DNA of 62,061 nucleotides, counting the filler, from Choristocarpus tenellus KU-1152 (Eukaryota; Protista; Phaeophyceae): the NCBI GenBank assembly GCA_964200185.2. It is 13 parts of 13 records of this genome, joined end to end, with 100 filler letters (N's around TTAATTAATTAA, not from the genome) between each part and the next. Parts side by side here need not be neighbours in the genome. Positions count along the whole stretch, not along the records: positions 23,068 to 27,456 come from CAXNAD020014780.1; positions 27,557 to 32,678 come from CAXNAD020011802.1; positions 32,779 to 38,022 come from CAXNAD020011373.1; 10 more parts are not named here. One strand, given 5' to 3'. Made by a program: the position numbers and the translations under genes. Positions 23,500-36,120 of this stretch are shown here, piece after piece; the stretch's first letter is position 1, and every line of letters begins with the position of its first letter. Below the pieces are notes generated by a model. The model was not told the origin of the DNA and did not search any database. It saw only the letters and a program-made list of their open reading frames with translations.

Positions 23500-25300
23500 C
23501 CTTGTTCCTCACAACACATGACGCCTCTATACCAGTGGACGGCAAATGTATCTACAAGGAATCTAAGTCCTTCATCCCTGTCTTACTGTTTTTTCTTCGG
23601 GATGAGGAGGTACAGGGCAAAACGCGATTGGGATTGAGAGCGACCTGTGTAAACTTTTCCCTTGGAAATAATCCCTTGTGGGGTATCCAAATAGCAGAGT
23701 ACCAAGGCCCTACAACCTGTATCATGTGGACATTGAGGCAAGGGGCAGCCATTATAGAAAATTGTTTTGCATGTAAATTATCGCACACAGTCACCTCTGT
23801 AGGAGGTGGGACAAAAACATGGTTGTCGGTGTACAGTTGGAGTGAGAATTCGTTGCCCTCGTAGGGACTTGCGTGGAGCTGGGCTTTCATAGCAGCGACT
23901 TGTACATGCAGATTATGAAGTTTGCCAACATCCAGGGTCCATAACAAATTGTTGGCAAAGACCTGGTAGCAAAGGTTTGATGATTGATAGGTGGATGTGG
24001 TTGTGTAACGTTAGTGGCACAAAAAGGCAAGTGTATGGAAATTATGGGAAAGGTATGGAGAAGGAAAAGATGGACTTACCTTGAAGTCAACAGGCCAGGT
24101 GAGCAGAGATGCCGTGCCCACACACACCTTGACAATGCAGTGCCTCCTACAAGGTAGGTCTCAGCACAACACTAGCTGTGAATACCTGTGCATGCATATA
24201 TAGCAGTAAATCTCCGCATATCCATTAGTATATTTATGTTTGAGCTCATGTTCCTTTTCTCGATCCTGAGTTGATGGCAATAGTGCCCAACGATCCATCA
24301 AAGTGAGCTGGGACATACTCTACCGTCCCCTTCAAAGACTGGTATGTTGGACTACCTCCTCAACCTCCCTTGAAGAGTCAACATTGCACGTGGAGTAGTG
24401 CGAATGTGTTACAGGCGATATGTCTTAATCGTGGTTCACAAACACCACTATGACCTTGAAGTCCTAGATTTTATATATTAGGTATTCATTATGATGCCGT
24501 ATAGAGGTTGTACATATTGGTTCAGTCCTGTATGTATACCCCAATGAAACTATTCAAGTGAATAATCGAAGTGAGAGACCCAGCACACTTGACGACATTT
24601 CCTTTATGCGCCCTCTACGAGCCTTGTCTTCACCGTGCAGGCTTGTGGGTTTGAGCTACATATCCCATCGTGGTAAGCTTGCAGAGCTTTCTGCAAAAAA
24701 TATGAGTATATGGGTTTCAGCTGGAGGTTGAGGGGGGACATTATCAATCCCCTTTCACAACGTCCCTGCCTATTCTTGTGACGCTCACACAAGGCATACT
24801 GTGGACGACTGGGTATATTTCTAAGCGTTGCAAAAAATGGGAACCCGCTTATGTTCGTCTAAACTGCACCACTGTTGTGTTTGCGGAGAGGCCCAATATC
24901 TGGAACGTGTCCAGTACATTATAACCTTGTCCCCTACAGGTAGATCGGATCGAAAAGCACGGCATGCAAAAAGATTGTGTCAATCTTTATGAAGGATATC
25001 GCATCATACTATTTCCTATAGAGGTACAAGGTTGTACTACAGAAGAAGTTGCAAATGACATTTGGCACCTTAAGAGCAAAGCTATGAATAGTGGTATTAA
25101 TTTTGAAGGTATAGATGCCCGAGAGTAGGCAGTAATTTGAGCATATTGAGATTTGTTGACATTCCGCTGAACCTTAGGATTCACCTTGGATGGTGGATGC
25201 CCTGGGTATAAATACTCGTATGGAAACGGAGAATCTTAAGGTGGTTCCAAGGGATCCTGACTAGTGCGCTGGAAGAGTGGTATATCCTTTATGAGTTCTT
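23500..25300 (-). pseudogene. Highly decayed transposase-like region, possibly Plavaka-type
   Basis: Fragments ILGLSANTTVVQF and FPFFATLRNIPS resemble the Plavaka I..SD.T....P.Y.TIGNIP motif. YAEI..IC...LPCRRHCIV lies downstream. Heavily frameshifted and interrupted by a solo LTR. Confidence 0.3.
24407..24698 (+). mobile_element. Diverged solo-LTR-like copy
   Basis: Starts TGTTACAG and carries the family core. The right end is degenerate and no clean TSD is visible. Confidence 0.75.
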
Positions 25301-25902
25301 CAAAGGATTAAATTTGGCGTTGTCCTTGCTGAAATGGTCTAGGTGGGATTTGTCTCATTAACATTAATATCAGGTGGAGCAACCAGAAAAGGTCTGAAGA
25401 TCTACCCCTTGACAACGGCCGTAGTGTTGCGCCGCATAGCACTGTAAACGTTGGATGTCTTTATAGGAGGTCGACTGGTACAGGGGCCACCTGCCAAAAT
25501 GAAGTTTTTTTGCAGCACAAGGAATACTAGAGTGGAGCGTACAAATGTAGTAGGTATCGTGTGAATTAGTGCTGGAGAGGGTAGGGGAAATTGTTATATG
25601 ATTACTCGTTGATGTATGTCACTGTGCAGAAAAAATCAGGAATGCACAGGACTAGTGCTGTGATCCCAAAACATTATCTCTGTGTTGTTGCTGCTTGGTA
25701 CAAGAGTATTGTACGAACTAGGTGATGTCGCAAAGAGGATGGGCGGTACACAAGAGGATAGGAGTTGAGATCAATGAAGAGTAAAGTAAATATGGAACTG
25801 TAAAAGTATTGACCCTAATCCTACGTACTGTTTATATCAATAATATATTTGTATTGCTCTATGAGTGATCCTCAGTGCTTTATTGGTATAGAAGAGGGTT
25901 AA

Positions 25903-26221
25903 TCTTACAGCACGGTCCATAGCTTACCTCCGCAGGATGCATAGCTCTAGTCCAATAGCATATAGATGGCGCTGATGCGCGTACAAGACTCCTGATGCAC
26001 AAGTCGTCAAGTATGCTGGATCTCTCACTTGGATTATCCCCTTCATAAGTATCAATATATCATCATAAAAAAGGAACTGATCAACGATGTCTTATCTCTA
26101 TCGAGCATCATGATGAACAAATAATAAATAAATAGTTAAGAAGTACAAATTTATAAAATCTAGGACTTCAAGGTCATAATGGTGTTTATGATACCGCTAT
26201 CAAGACATATCGCCTGTAATA
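25903..26221 (-). mobile_element. Solo-LTR-like copy with a 4-bp TSD (TTAA)
   Basis: Reads ttaa|tcttacag...ctgtaata|ttaa, the reverse complement of the family. The host repeat appears uninterrupted near 26920-27000. Confidence 0.85.
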
Positions 26222-27183
26222 TTAATGGTACAGAGAGAAGAGGTGCGACGTTAGTGGGCGAGCATAATATGAAGAAGAGCTGTTAAGATATGGGTAAGTT
26301 AAAGTAGTGAGGCTCAATGCAGTGTGGTGTACAAGAGGTTTGATTGTACAAAGAGTAGAGGTGGTACATCAACGGTGGTGTCTATTAACACACTCTAATT
26401 CATTGCTCCAATGGGCACAATAGTACACAAATATATATATATATATATATATATATTCCTCCCTTCCACACTCAAAGTGATATCACATTCCAGAAAAAGC
26501 TCTCTCTGCACTTGTACAAAACAGAATTTGTTTCCCCTTTCAAAAAATCCTAAAATTCATCCTTGCCTACTTGTTAGTTGGTTCGACTGGTGGAAGAAGA
26601 GGAAAGTAAGATGTGGACAAGCGTAAGTAGAAACCGTCATTTTATGTACCTATAGTAAATTCGCACCTAGTCAAGGTATGCGAAAGGTGCCCAGAGTTGA
26701 GTTTTAAGTACACCAGCAATATGTGAAAAATTGGACTTTTTTGCAGATATGCTTGTTGTATATTGTCAAAACTGTGTAAAAATTTGTTTAACAGTTGAGA
26801 AATCAACCCTCAAGTCACACTTACGACCTCATCTGTAAAAGTATTAATAAATCGCTAAAGATTAATAAAATGGCTTATGATGCAAAACGACCAAAAACCT
26901 CGTACTCCTCGTTTACTTCGGCTCATTGCTGTATGAGCGATGTTCAATCCAGTATCATTGTAAGAGAGGGGCAATGGTAGAGAGAGGAGAAGTACTAAAT
27001 CAATATATGTGTATAACATGAAAGAAAAGGTATAAGTAAGATATGGGTAAGTTGATGTGTAGTGATACGCAATGATTGGTGGCATACAAGAGGGTCGCTT
27101 GTGCAAAGAGAAATGGTGGTATATATATATATCAGTGGTGGTGTGTGCAACATGGAAGAATATGTAGGAAAGATGTGGACGAT

Positions 27184-27456
27184 GAGTCAAAAAGTATCAT
27201 AGACGGTAGAGACGCATCCGTTTGGGGGTCAAAATCCAATGTTGCGATTTTGATGTAATTTTGGATTTCGTGTTTGCTAGGAAGTGTCAATATCCTTGTT
27301 CCGACATATACATGATACCTACTCCAGAACATACATTTTACCTACTCCGAAATATTTCAGAGTAGAAAAATCTCATTAAAAAAGACCCAAAGTATCTGGG
27401 GGGGCGGGGGGGGTCTACACCAGGGTGTCCATTTGTTCCAAAATCAGGAAAAGTGC
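27184..27456 (-). mobile_element. Partial MITE copy followed by a G-run MITE terminus at 27384
   Basis: gagtcaaaaagtatc...aaaatccaatgttgcgattttgatg body, then gacccaaagtatctggggg. Confidence 0.78.
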
Positions 27457-27584
27457 NNNNNNNNNNNNNNNNNNNNNNNNNNNNNNNNNNNNNNNNNNNN
27501 TTAATTAATTAANNNNNNNNNNNNNNNNNNNNNNNNNNNNNNNNNNNNNNNNNNNNTCGTCTGATTTATTTATTTTGGTCTCAG

Positions 27585-29567
27585 TGCGGTTGAGAACATT
27601 TGTGGCAGGCCCAATGCAGTGAATCACTTGGCTGTCCCCGCGGCCTGCTTCACGCATCCTGAGATTGCTATGGTTGGTCTAACAGAGGAACAAGCACAAG
27701 AGGATGTGAGTCAAGAAAATCCACAGGGGGGGGGGGACTTAGCAAAGGATACATCATTATGTTTTGCTGATGCTAAGAATAATAATGTGTGTGTCTTGAT
27801 CTGTACAATTTTGTTGCGAATATTGTATTTAATCGGAGCGTTGTCAAAAATATTGACTTCTAAAAAAAAATGAAAAAAGATGGTTTTGTTTGTTTTACGG
27901 GTATACTGGCTCTTCTTGCACCCTATTTTAAGAACTTCTACAAAAGCGACAAGGCATATATATATATGCATCCTGTTTGTTGTGAACACCTTTCTTTCAC
28001 ATGGCAGGCCAAGGAGCGGGGCTACAAGCTGGGCAAGTCGGTTGGGAACTTCAGGGCCAATTCCAAGGCGCTAGCAGAGGGGGAGGGCAATGGCATTGCC
28101 AAGGTATGTGACCATTTGCTTCTTGAGTGTGTTGTGCTCAATGCTGTTGTTTGGTTTGAGTTGATTCATCCAACAAAATGCTTGTTGAGAACAAGAACAC
28201 TGTACTGCCCAAATTGGACTCAATAAGTCAGGGTTTGTTAAATACCAGAATTGAATCGATACTGAAGTTGTTTTTGTACATTGTGTTTGTGAGGATAACC
28301 AGACGTTTGGGGGGGGGGGGTGCTGAGAATTGCTCATAAGATTTCACTTGCTCAGTCAGTCACCCAACGATTTTGGCGGATTTGTTGAGGTCATGCCTCG
28401 TCTTGGCAAGCAAGGGTTGAGAAAGCTGTACAACGTGTAAAAATTATTACGGGACGAATAAGGTGACAACAAGAGCGTCACATCTTGGCTCTTTTTGACA
28501 CCATCGGGCATTGAGAAGAAACGTAAAGCTGAAGCAAAACGCTACAGAGTCCTATTTAATGACCTCCCGCCATGTCTGAGTGCTTCAGCACATCTTTTGG
28601 AGTTTTAAAAAAAAAAAAAAAAGGAAAGGAAAGGAAAGGAAAGGAGGAAGTCTTGTTTATGCTGTGGTGTGGCGCGCGTTCCCCAAATGGCATCAGGTAC
28701 TGTTCAACAAGGAGACGGAGGAGATTGTCGGGGTACATATTATTGGACTTCATGCTGCCGACCTTATCCAGGAGTGCTCCAATGCAGTGGCTGCAGGGAT
28801 TACCGTCAGGGAACTGTCGATGATGGTGAGTGAGAGACGACAATTTTCCAAACTCGGTTGATTGTTGCCTGGAAGTGTCTGGCGTTGCACTCTATTGCGA
28901 GGCTATTTGCTTTCCTGGGTTGACGATGACCCTGGACAACGTCTTGCGTGAAGTTAGCTGTGTACAAGCAGGCAGATGGATGGATGGACGGGTGGTTGCC
29001 TGCCAGTCTCGCTCAACATGGGCTTACTAACAAAGTTTACGTACGTTGATGTGAACAGTCCCCCAAGACATTCTGTTCCAGTGCCTGCTGTACAAGGGTC
29101 TGGGCTTTGGATAAGGACGTTGTGAAAGGGGAGTGATTCATATTACCAGTGTATATTACTGTGCACTTTGGTGTTTTGCGTGTCTTGGAACAAAGGAGTT
29201 GGAAAAGATGACGAACTGAGTCATAGCAATTCACAGCATGAAAAAGGATTGGAGTTTGTCGGGCAGTATAACTATATACGACGTGCTTACCTCTTATGTC
29301 TTACCCTAAGTCCCTCTAACCTAGACCATACCCTCCCATGCATATTTCCTGTGGACCTGTCCATCTCGGAAATGTATTTTTGTGCCTTGTCCCCTCCCCT
29401 TTCTGTTGGAAGACCTTTGCTGTAGAGCTTTCTTGTTTCCACTGTGCTGTTGCTAACCAATTTTTCTTGCCTCTCTACTCGGTTTCTGTAAGGTGCACAC
29501 ACACCCCACCTTGTGTGAGGTGCTGGACGAGGCCTTCAAGGGGGCTATGGGACGTGCAGCACACTGA
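27585..29567 (+). CDS. LPD: Dihydrolipoamide dehydrogenase (plastid/cyanobacterial type), 3' part; exons 27585-27705, 28008-28103, 28697-28825, 29493-29567
   Basis: Spliced peptide: AVENICG...[21 protein letters not shown]...[52 protein letters not shown]...[24 protein letters not shown]. Contains the catalytic HPTLxE motif; canonical GT-AG sites. Confidence 0.95.
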
Positions 29568-30996
29568 TCAATCAACATTGAGAATAGCAACCAATGCTTC
29601 AATAGTTTAGTGGAGAGAGGGGGGGAGAGAGACAAAGTTTCCATGGTGCCTATGGAAGATTGGAGCAGTAGTCAAATATAGGACGGCAGGGTGCTGATTA
29701 GGTTATAGAGGGCCAAGACTAAACAAATAGATGCTAGTGAGAGGAGTGCTGTGGAGTGGTTGGTAATGTAATGGTTGCCACCAGCAGAAGTGTCCTGAAC
29801 TGTTGGGATTTGCATGGTGCAAACTGAAGGAATAGTGCATCCATCCCGTCTTTTTTACACATCCTGGATGAGCCTAATCCTGTAGGTGCCAAGTATAATC
29901 CAAACAATTCAATGGGCAGGTGGCACTAGGAGTATCTGGACACATACAACTCCGCTGTGCAAGATTTGTTCTTGCAATCCTGCCTCTCCTGTTTGTCGCA
30001 GACCTCCATACAGGCAGTGAAGAAATGCTGATGATCTACATACTACTTTGAATTGTGTTGTAGTAGTCTTGTGTAGCTGAATAATAATTTAAAGTCTAAG
30101 GGAGTGGTTTGTAGTGATTGGTGAATGTGGTAAAAAAAACGCTCTCCACAAAGACCAAGCATGTTATTTTAACTGGATTTCAGGAGGGATGATGATGAAT
30201 TAAATTCACAGCAGCTCTCATCATCACATTGATCCCTCATCTATTATAATACTACTTCCTACGTTCGGAATTAAATGTAACACAAATTTTGCAGCCCCGA
30301 TGAGGAAGCAAGAATTTTTATCGCATGTTCATATGTTACGGGTGTATTGTGCAGACACCAAAAGGTTGCCCACCAAAATCCCAAGCAAAATGGGGCACCC
30401 TACACCTATCTATGATTCCGTCCCCAAAGTCCTTCAAAACTCCATACCAGCACGGTATTTTGCCGCATCCACCAGGACATTCAGGAGGAGCTTACCAGCC
30501 TTCTCCTTTCAAAGAGGGGAATTTTGAAGATTTCTCACCTTTGGACCCCAGCACTTCACCGTGGATACGCTCTAGTGTCTCAAGGGAATACACGTCGAAC
30601 ACCTCCATTGTGCCCTCCACCAGCTCCTCTTCGATGGTACCCCCCCCCCCCCCCCCCACCCCGCTCTTCGTTGCTTCTTGGAAGTAAAGAAACTCAGGGG
30701 GTTGACGTTTAGGTCATGTGAGTTGGCTGGCTGGGTCTCTACGACAATGTTTTCAAATAGACTCCTCCAACTGTAACTGATATCACTAGTAGTATAGATG
30801 CAGAGTCAGAATACAATAATTATTTGGTTGGTTAAACCATATTTCTTGTATACAAACGGACAGATAGGAATGAATTCCATTAAGCATGGTGTTTTGGGGT
30901 TGTATGGTCGCGCCCTCTGCTTGACAATAACCACTCCATAATATTTGGCAATACCCTGTATTTATCTCTTCTATCCATACAGGAGGGAGGGGATAC

Positions 30997-31761
30997 TTAC
31001 TCCAACATCCTCCCCTCCCACTTCCTCGATTTCCTCCATGACCCCCCCCTTGGTTTCCGTGAATTTTCCCCGTCCTGCTTCACAAAGACGGTGTATCCTT
31101 TCCACTGAGGCATGCTGGCTTTGTTCGCTGGGATGACATCCTTGGTCATGAGCTTCTTATTCCTCTCCCTGTCCCCCATGACTGACACAAGCATCTTGGT
31201 GCCCTTTGGGCGGTGTTTGCTGGAATGCTGAGTGACCTTAGTGCCCACGATTGGCCGGATCCCGATTTTCCCATCCAATCACACACCACTGAAGAGCTTC
31301 CTAGGGTGGGCCATAACTGTAAGGAACATCGCCTTCATAATGTAATGCGCTTATTGTGTGCCTGTGGGGGGTTGGGTGGGTCCTTATTGGGGTGCATGTA
31401 CACCCGTTGCCCAACTTTGAGGAATTGAAACCACTTCTTGTCCACATATACCCAGTCATAGATCACCAATAACCCACTTCCCCCTCTCCTGTGCGTGTAG
31501 CTGATGACGAAACCCACCCTGTTGACTTTCTACTGGTCTGAGAGGACTGGCTTAATCCACCGCTTGACCTTCAGTTTTTCACACTTGCACAGATCCACAA
31601 AGAAGCAAGGGAGGCCCCAGCTTTGGGCGCCCTTTGCTAGAAGGATGTGCAGTGTACCGATGGGACATCCCAAACATCAAGGATACTTGTACAGTGGCCG
31701 CATCCCCCCTTGCAACATCGTACAAGGTCCATGCATTTACCTCATGCGATCTGACTGTCAT
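30997..31761 (-). pseudogene. Decayed mariner-like (DD39D-type) transposase
   Basis: VYVDKKWF (cf. HIDEKWF), DGKIGIRPIV, SSKHRPKGT and V(I)PA.K...VFVKQDG (cf. IQQDNA), with stops and frameshifts. Confidence 0.78.
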
Positions 31762-33109
31762 ACTCCTTCAGGTGACGGAACACTTGATTCGAGAAATTCT
31801 AAAGTCCTCCGCGAAATTCAAAATGCTCCACGAAATTCAAAATGCTCCACGAATTCCTGAAATCCTCCGCAAGGGCTGCTGCCATCCCTTAAGGCATCCA
31901 AGTCTCATGCCCTCTCGCCTCAAGGGATTTGGCCACCGTGCTGTTCTTCGTCAGGGTGTTGGAATCTGGTCCCCAGACAGACTTCTGAGTCGAACAATTG
32001 GGACCGACAGGCAATGACAGGCGATGACAGGATGAGCGAGCCCCTCAAACAACGTGGAGGCTTAATCCCATCCATCCCAATAAACACCCACTTCGACAGT
32101 TTCACGAGGTTTTGAACGTTGTCAAATGTGGCTTGGTCCACTTTGCACTAGTTCACCTCCACAGTATTGACAGCCTGCCATCTCAAACTTTGTACACCTC
32201 CCAATCTATGTGAGAACTAAGCCTAATCCAGAGGGTTGTTATCATGTGGGTCGTTCCTGAGCAAAAACAGAGTTTGCAAAATGTATGTTATGTTTAATTC
32301 TGAACTGAGGAAATGTGACAGTACCCTATTTCTAGGTGACTCTGACACAATTCATTTTTTGTCTTGTAATTCTTTCTGTCTACACTTCCAAGTAGTTCTG
32401 AAGAAGGAGAGTCTTTCTCTAAAACAACAGTAACCTACTTCTATGTGACTGTGAGATATTATTATTGTGTCTTGTACATTTATTTGTGCTCATAGTTCTG
32501 AAGGGGGGGAGTCTTTCTATGAAAGCTCCCTTTTTCAATGTTATTTGTGATATCTGCATATTATGTATTCTTTGTGTTTATAGTTCTGAAGGGGAAGAGT
32601 CGTTCTATGATAGTACCCTACTTCTATGTTTTTGCGAGACATTTTTGTCTTGTGACTCAAAGTATTTGGGAGGGGGGGNNNNNNNNNNNNNNNNNNNNNN
32701 NNNNNNNNNNNNNNNNNNNNNNTTAATTAATTAANNNNNNNNNNNNNNNNNNNNNNNNNNNNNNNNNNNNNNNNNNNNATGGTATCGGAGCCCTTACACG
32801 CGCGTATCGAAGGTGTTACCACGTCATCCTGGACGGACGGATGTTGTGGTGCGTGAAATTGCATCGTGGAATCTTGCTTCTATTTCGGATCAGTTGTCTG
32901 ATTACTCCCAACAAAAGTGACAGCAACACATGTTCCAATTTCGGAAAAAGGTTCGGTCGAATTCGTTGTAGTCATTTCTTATTAGCATCGCTGAATTTAT
33001 TCTACGATGACATTTTCGATCCGAGGTGAAATATGTAAATGGCGGATTTGGATTAGTGTTGAAAATGTAGGTGATTTATTTTTTTCAGGGCTAGGGTTGG
33101 TATCATGGG

Positions 33110-33360
33110 TGCTGGTCGAAATAAGTTATTGGTAGGGCCGCGTTCATTTTGCGACCGAATGAAAATGTTGCTTTTTTGCTGTCATTGTTGCCCTCATTAT
33201 TGTTTGGATATGTAAATGTCCTTTTTCCGAACACCCCTTTCCATAGTGTAGACATAATAAATCTCCAAAACATTTTGTAGTAAGTACAAAGTCCTTGAAA
33301 CCCCGTAGCTAACCAAGCCCCCAAGGACACACAGGGAAAAAAAACTCGTGCCCTCTAACA
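33110..33360 (-). mobile_element. Old, diverged MITE copy abutting the 78-bp array
   Basis: ggtagggccgcgttcatttt...ccaagccc...aaactcgtgccctctaa is colinear with the reverse-oriented family consensus. Confidence 0.6.
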
Positions 33361-33361
33361 T

Positions 33362-34358
33362 AGAGCATCGAATCTAAAAATGCTTGTAACAAAACCATTG
33401 ACAGGTGGTGTGTACACTGTTGTAAAGGCAAATAAATGCAGGGCATCATCGAATCTAAAAATGCTTGTATCACCACTATTGACAGGTGGTGTGTACACGG
33501 TTGTAAAGGTTACAAAGACAGGGTACTGAATTTGAAAATGCTGGTGCTACCAGGATTGACAGGTGGTGTGTACACGGTTGGAAACGAAAATAATTACAGG
33601 GCATCGAATCTAGAAATACTTGTATCACCACCATTGGCAGGTGGTGAGTACACTGTTGGAAACACAAATAATTACAGGGCATCGAATCTAAAAATGCAGG
33701 TGTTACCAGGATTGACAGGTGGTGTGTCCACGATTGGAAACGCAAATAATTACAGGGCATCGAATTAAAAAAAAAATGTACCACCACCATTGGCAGGTGG
33801 TGTGTACACGGTTGGAAACACAAACAATTACAGGGCATCGAATCTAAAAATGCTGGTATTACCACCATTGACAGGTGGTGTGTACACGGTTGGAAACGCA
33901 AAAAATTAGAGGGCATCGAATCTAAAAATGCAGGTGTTACCAGGATTGACAGGTGATGTGTACACGATTGGAAACGCAAATAATCACAGGAGGTGGAATA
34001 TAAAAATGCAGGTATCTCCACCATCGACAGGTGGTGTGTACACGGTTGGAAACCCAAATAATTATAGGGCATCGAATCTAAAAATGCAGGTATTACCCGG
34101 ATTAGCAGGTGGTGTGTACACGGTTGGAAACCCAAATAATTACAGGGCATCGAATCTAAAAATGCAGGTGTTACCGAGATTGGCAGGTGGTGTGTACACG
34201 GTTGGAAACGCAAATAATCACAGGTGGTGGAATCTAAAAATGCAGGTATTATTACCACTATTGACAGGTGGTGTGTACACGGTTGGAAACGCAGATAAAG
34301 ACGTGGCATCGAATCTAAAAATGCATGTACTACCACCATTGATAGGTGGTATGTACAC
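33362..34358. repeat. 78-bp minisatellite, 13 units
   Basis: Unit gggcatcgaatctaaaaatgcaggtgttaccaggattgacaggtggtgtgtacacggttggaaacgcaaataattaca. The gtacac motif recurs at 78-81-nt spacing from 33412 to 34353. Confidence 0.95.
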
Positions 34359-36120
34359 TATCATCTCAGCCACATGCTAATACATGCTACGTGAACGGAC
34401 GATAGCTGCAACACCCGCCAAAGGCGCTAAATAATGACGGTGTGTTTGCAATGTTGGTAATCCAGAGACGCTCTAGTGCAGGTTGCACGAAGGGCGAACG
34501 TTTCTTGTATGGGGACTCACCTTCTGGTTCCCTTTGGAGGCATTGCAGCGTTCGGTGGTTGGACTAAGCCTCTCAGTTGATCGCGGGATTTCTATATCGG
34601 GTGGGCATGTTGGAAATGGGACAGGAGAAACAAACTCACACACAGAGAGAGAGAGAAAACATTTTGCGCATCGAGTCAGGCCCAGAGAGGATGGCATGTC
34701 GCGGTCGGTTCACATCATCCTCCAGTCGTACGCACCTGATCATCTTGCAAGAAGTGGAAGTCTTGTCGTTTTATACCTTCCGACACACCCGGTATTCAGC
34801 GTCACGTATGGCGCACAGGGATAGCCACAGACGAACCCAATTCTCATAGAAGGGATGCACACCTATCCTCTCTTGACCAAGAAGGTATGGTCCTTCTAAG
34901 CTTTTCTTTTTTCGGTTGTATAAAACAACTCCACAGTAGTCCATATACTAGAACAACCGCCTTTATGGAATGTTCTACCCCTATAAAATAATAGTATATT
35001 TATTGTGGTTATGAACGGGCCAGTTGGGGTGTTCCTTTTCCTCGGGAAAAAAAAAGATATTAAATAAGTGGAATTTTTCTCTCTTCACATGTCTTGAAAT
35101 TTCTATGCATGTATATGTGGCGTTCAACTAGAACAAATACAGACATAAAAAAGTATATATGTACATATATATATATGTGACTCCATGCGCTAATTCTTCA
35201 TTCGTGCGAGAGGGTCAAAACTTTGAATTGGCTTCTTTTTTTCATATACTTGCAGTTTTTGAGAATTATACATTATAGTGCATAAAAAAAAACTTTCGCT
35301 AAACCACATATATGACAAACCCCACACTCCCTCACTCTGTCGACAACAAACCAACAGGCCTGGACAATATAGAGGAATCGTTGTCGCGGTTCTTCAAGGG
35401 GACCACACCCATCGCATCGCAGATGTACAATGACGACCTGCCAGCCACTAGGAGATCTCACCAACAACAGGAATGAACTCGTGGACTCCGGAGGGATAGG
35501 CCTCCGTCGCAGCGAGACACACTTCAATGTGGCCCGTGCATTCTGCAATTACTTAAAGGAGGGATTAGTGCTTGAAGACTAGACCTAGCGAAGCATATGG
35601 TCACCATATCCTTCCGAAATCACACATTTGCATCGAAATCAGAGAGACATGGTGTTCACCAGTTCCAATGTAGTTTCAAACCGGTGACGCACACGTCCTC
35701 CCATCAAGAGCAGAACGAAACCTATCGACAAAGTTCGTGTTCTCCAATATCTGCGTTCCGATATGTATCGAAATCAAACGTTATTCATTCCGGTTTCTGT
35801 TTCCGATCTCAATCTTAGCACCTGTCCCAACCAGAGCCCTGTGCCCAAACCCTGACACCGTCTTTCATCCTTACACAATAATGAAATTATCGTGAGTCAT
35901 GCTTCGTCCTTCCTTCATCTGCTCACCTCATGTCAGTTTTGTTATACTTTATCCTACGTCAAAGTGTGATGAAAGTTTCAGCTGTCCTTAAAACATTTTT
36001 TTTCAAGTCGCACACCTCAAGTCAATTTCTCCATACTTTACCGTACGACAAAGTATGGCAAAAGTTGCGGCTGTCCATACACTAACCTCTTCGAAGCCGC
36101 ACGCTTCTAAACCATCGTCC

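Noticed and set aside
33362-34358. CRISPR-like array
   Set aside because: Whole units are homologous with no unique spacers, no cas genes are present, and the context is eukaryotic.
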